Source: Patescibacteria group bacterium (lineage in GTDB: Bacteria; Patescibacteriota; Microgenomatia; UBA1400; UBA1449). From it: a stretch of DNA of 64,000 bases. The stretch lies in NCBI GenBank assembly GCA_050942955.1, contig JBMNOG010000006.1, positions 932 to 64,931 of the forward strand. The letters are read 5' to 3'. A program made the position numbers and the translations under genes. Positions 62,425 through 64,000 of the stretch are shown piece after piece. Under the pieces are notes generated by a model that worked only from the letters and a program-made list of their open reading frames with translations, was not told the DNA's origin and did no database searches. How positions within the stretch are numbered: the first letter of the stretch is position 1; the number at the start of each line of letters is the position of its first letter.

Positions 62425-64000
62425 GATGTCTGCCCAAAACAAGCTACTGTCCATCTCTCAAGCTTCTAAATACCTAGGTGTTTCAAACGACACCCTAAGG
62501 CGATGGGAAAAAAGGGGTAAAATCACTCCATTAAGAACCCTTGGCAATGTCAGACGTTATAGGATAGAAGATCTTCAACAATTAAAAACAAGAAAGGGCA
62601 CTCCTACAACGAAGGAGCTGATCCAGAAAACACACCAGGAGATAGCACAAATAAAGCAGACAATTAGTGAAAACCAAAAAGACAAGAGTCCTACTCCTAC
62701 TCCTACTCCTACTTCTACTCCAATTCAAACCTCCCCTAAGGTTGCAGCAGCTCAATCCCCTAGAGCGAACCAGGACATTGCAGAAGACTTAAGTGTTATT
62801 AAGCGTTTCCTCTATGGAATTGCATCCCAATTAAATGATGTAAAGCGCAGCCTACTCCAACAACAAGGGTCCCTTTCTCTCTCTCCTTCTAACTCCGATC
62901 TGTTAAATAACACTCAAAAGCGTCGACAAAGATTAATTCAGTACTCAACTATAGGTGGAAGTACATTAGTAATACTTCTGTTTCTTTTACTTATTCTCTC
63001 AAAACTATTTCCTCTTAATAATAAGATAAATAATATTGAAAAACTGGTAAGGACCTTGGATATTAATTATCAGTCCCCTCCCGATAGTGATGTTAGTATT
63101 GAGCCGGAAAACATAGAATCATTTCGAGTCGGAGAAGATAAAATTGTATTTGATGAAGCAGGTAATATCTATTTTTCCGGTGGCCTTACTGGGGGATACA
63201 TTGATACAGATACCAGAAACCTGATCATCAATTCCGGATTTGAACAGAACTCTTCAGGGAGACCTGATTACTACACGTATGCTGATGAGACTAACGAGCA
63301 GAATACCTTCATTTCTCAGGACATATCATTTGAAGGCAAAAACACCCTAAAACTTGAACCCAAAAGCGGTCAAATACTAACTGTAAAACCTCACCATCTC
63401 CCCCTTGATCCCCACAAACATTACACATTTACCGCATATGTACGAGCTCTTGGTCTGCGTAAAACCTACGTTTCCATCGGTTATGGGGATAGAGAAGGTG
63501 AAGATAAAGAAGTAATTCAGCTTGAAGGGAGTAGTTCGTGGAAACAAATTCGTTTTACTAAGACATTTAGTGAGAGTGATACGCCAAAAAGTGATGCTTT
63601 TTACATTTCAGCTCTTTCGCAAGATGGTGGAGGTGCTTTATACATTGATGGACTTCAGTTGGAAACTGGAACATTAGCTTCCGCATACAAACCTCAGGCT
63701 CTGCGAAGCGACGGCGTGGCAGTTTTTGATGAGGATGCACTTGTTCCGGTGATTACTAATACAGGATCGTTGGGAACGGGAACTCAACCCTTCAAAGAAG
63801 CATTTATAACAACTCAAAACGTATTTGGGGATCTGCAAGTTGGACAAGACGCTAGTATCTCCGGAAACCTTACTGTTACAGGCATAGTCGACTTAAACGC
63901 TATTACTGTTAGGAACAAGATTCTTTCACAGAATGACGGTATTTATACTGGTACTGGAGCTGGAGTTAAGCGTTTAGATCATCTGGGAAACCTGCTAAAT
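62425..64000 (+). CDS. MerR-type HTH domain fused to a TM helix and a large extracytoplasmic CBM4/9-like (galactose-binding-like) domain. The gene runs past the window end.
   Basis: ATG at 62425 is preceded by AAAGG. N-terminal LSISQASKYLGVSNDTLRRWEKRGKI (MerR/excisionase-type HTH). A P/T-rich linker and a TM helix (STIGGSTLVILLFLLLILSKLF). Then YYTYADETNEQNTFISQDISFEGKNTLKLEPKSG ... FTAYVRALG (CBM-like beta-sandwich). No stop occurs before position 64000. Confidence 0.6.

Overview
This 64-kb window appears to come from a low-GC (about 40%) bacterium with strongly biased gene orientation: nearly every gene and the entire rRNA locus lie on the minus strand. A Patescibacteria/CPR-like lineage is my guess, based on compact genes, abundant type IV pilus genes and an S1 protein with a basic tail; this cannot be proven from sequence alone.

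From the low-coordinate end to the high-coordinate end, the window contains:

- **Cell-envelope glycan cluster (0.9-20.7 kb):** a GH39-like hydrolase, a LysM/M23 peptidase, rho, a NagZ-like GH3, a GT39/ArnT-like transferase, a processive GT2 synthase with a QxxRW motif, a GH5 endoglucanase, two large GT-C-like membrane proteins and a small GT2. Two tRNAs sit in this stretch, and a 60% GC single-gene island interrupts it.
- **Second GC-rich island (20.9-23.2 kb):** a lipoprotein and a coiled-coil membrane protein.
- **Surface-anchoring pair and radA:** an LPXTG protein with its sortase, followed by radA.
- **Type IV pilus locus (26.4-38.6 kb):** two major pilins that share an identical 147-bp 5' segment, a LytR_C-domain protein, a PilO-like protein, a PilM-PilN fusion, yvcK on the opposite strand, three minor pilin-like proteins including a Cys-rich tip candidate, pilC and pilB. 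Immediately upstream sits a three-gene unit: a LuxI-family acyl-signal synthase homolog, a 7TM-GAF histidine kinase and a CheY-like receiver.
- **rpsA and an rRNA locus (42.5-51.8 kb):** rpsA carries a lysine-rich N-terminal tail. The rRNA locus looks split: 16S is cut off by a bidirectional terminator, while tRNA-Ile, tRNA-Ala, 23S and 5S lie downstream, with a Fe/Mn superoxide dismutase gene on the opposite strand inside the 16S-23S spacer.
- **Peptide-ligase cassette (52.7-59.3 kb):** mnmA, a class I aldolase, then two RimK-like ATP-grasp ligases (one fused to a retropepsin-like DTGA domain), an unknown protein and a 7TM membrane protein.
- **AT-rich gene desert (59.3-62.4 kb):** about 3.1 kb without a credible ORF.
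- **Window end:** a truncated gene for a MerR-HTH/transmembrane/CBM-like one-component regulator.

No CRISPR array, transposase or integrase gene was recognised.
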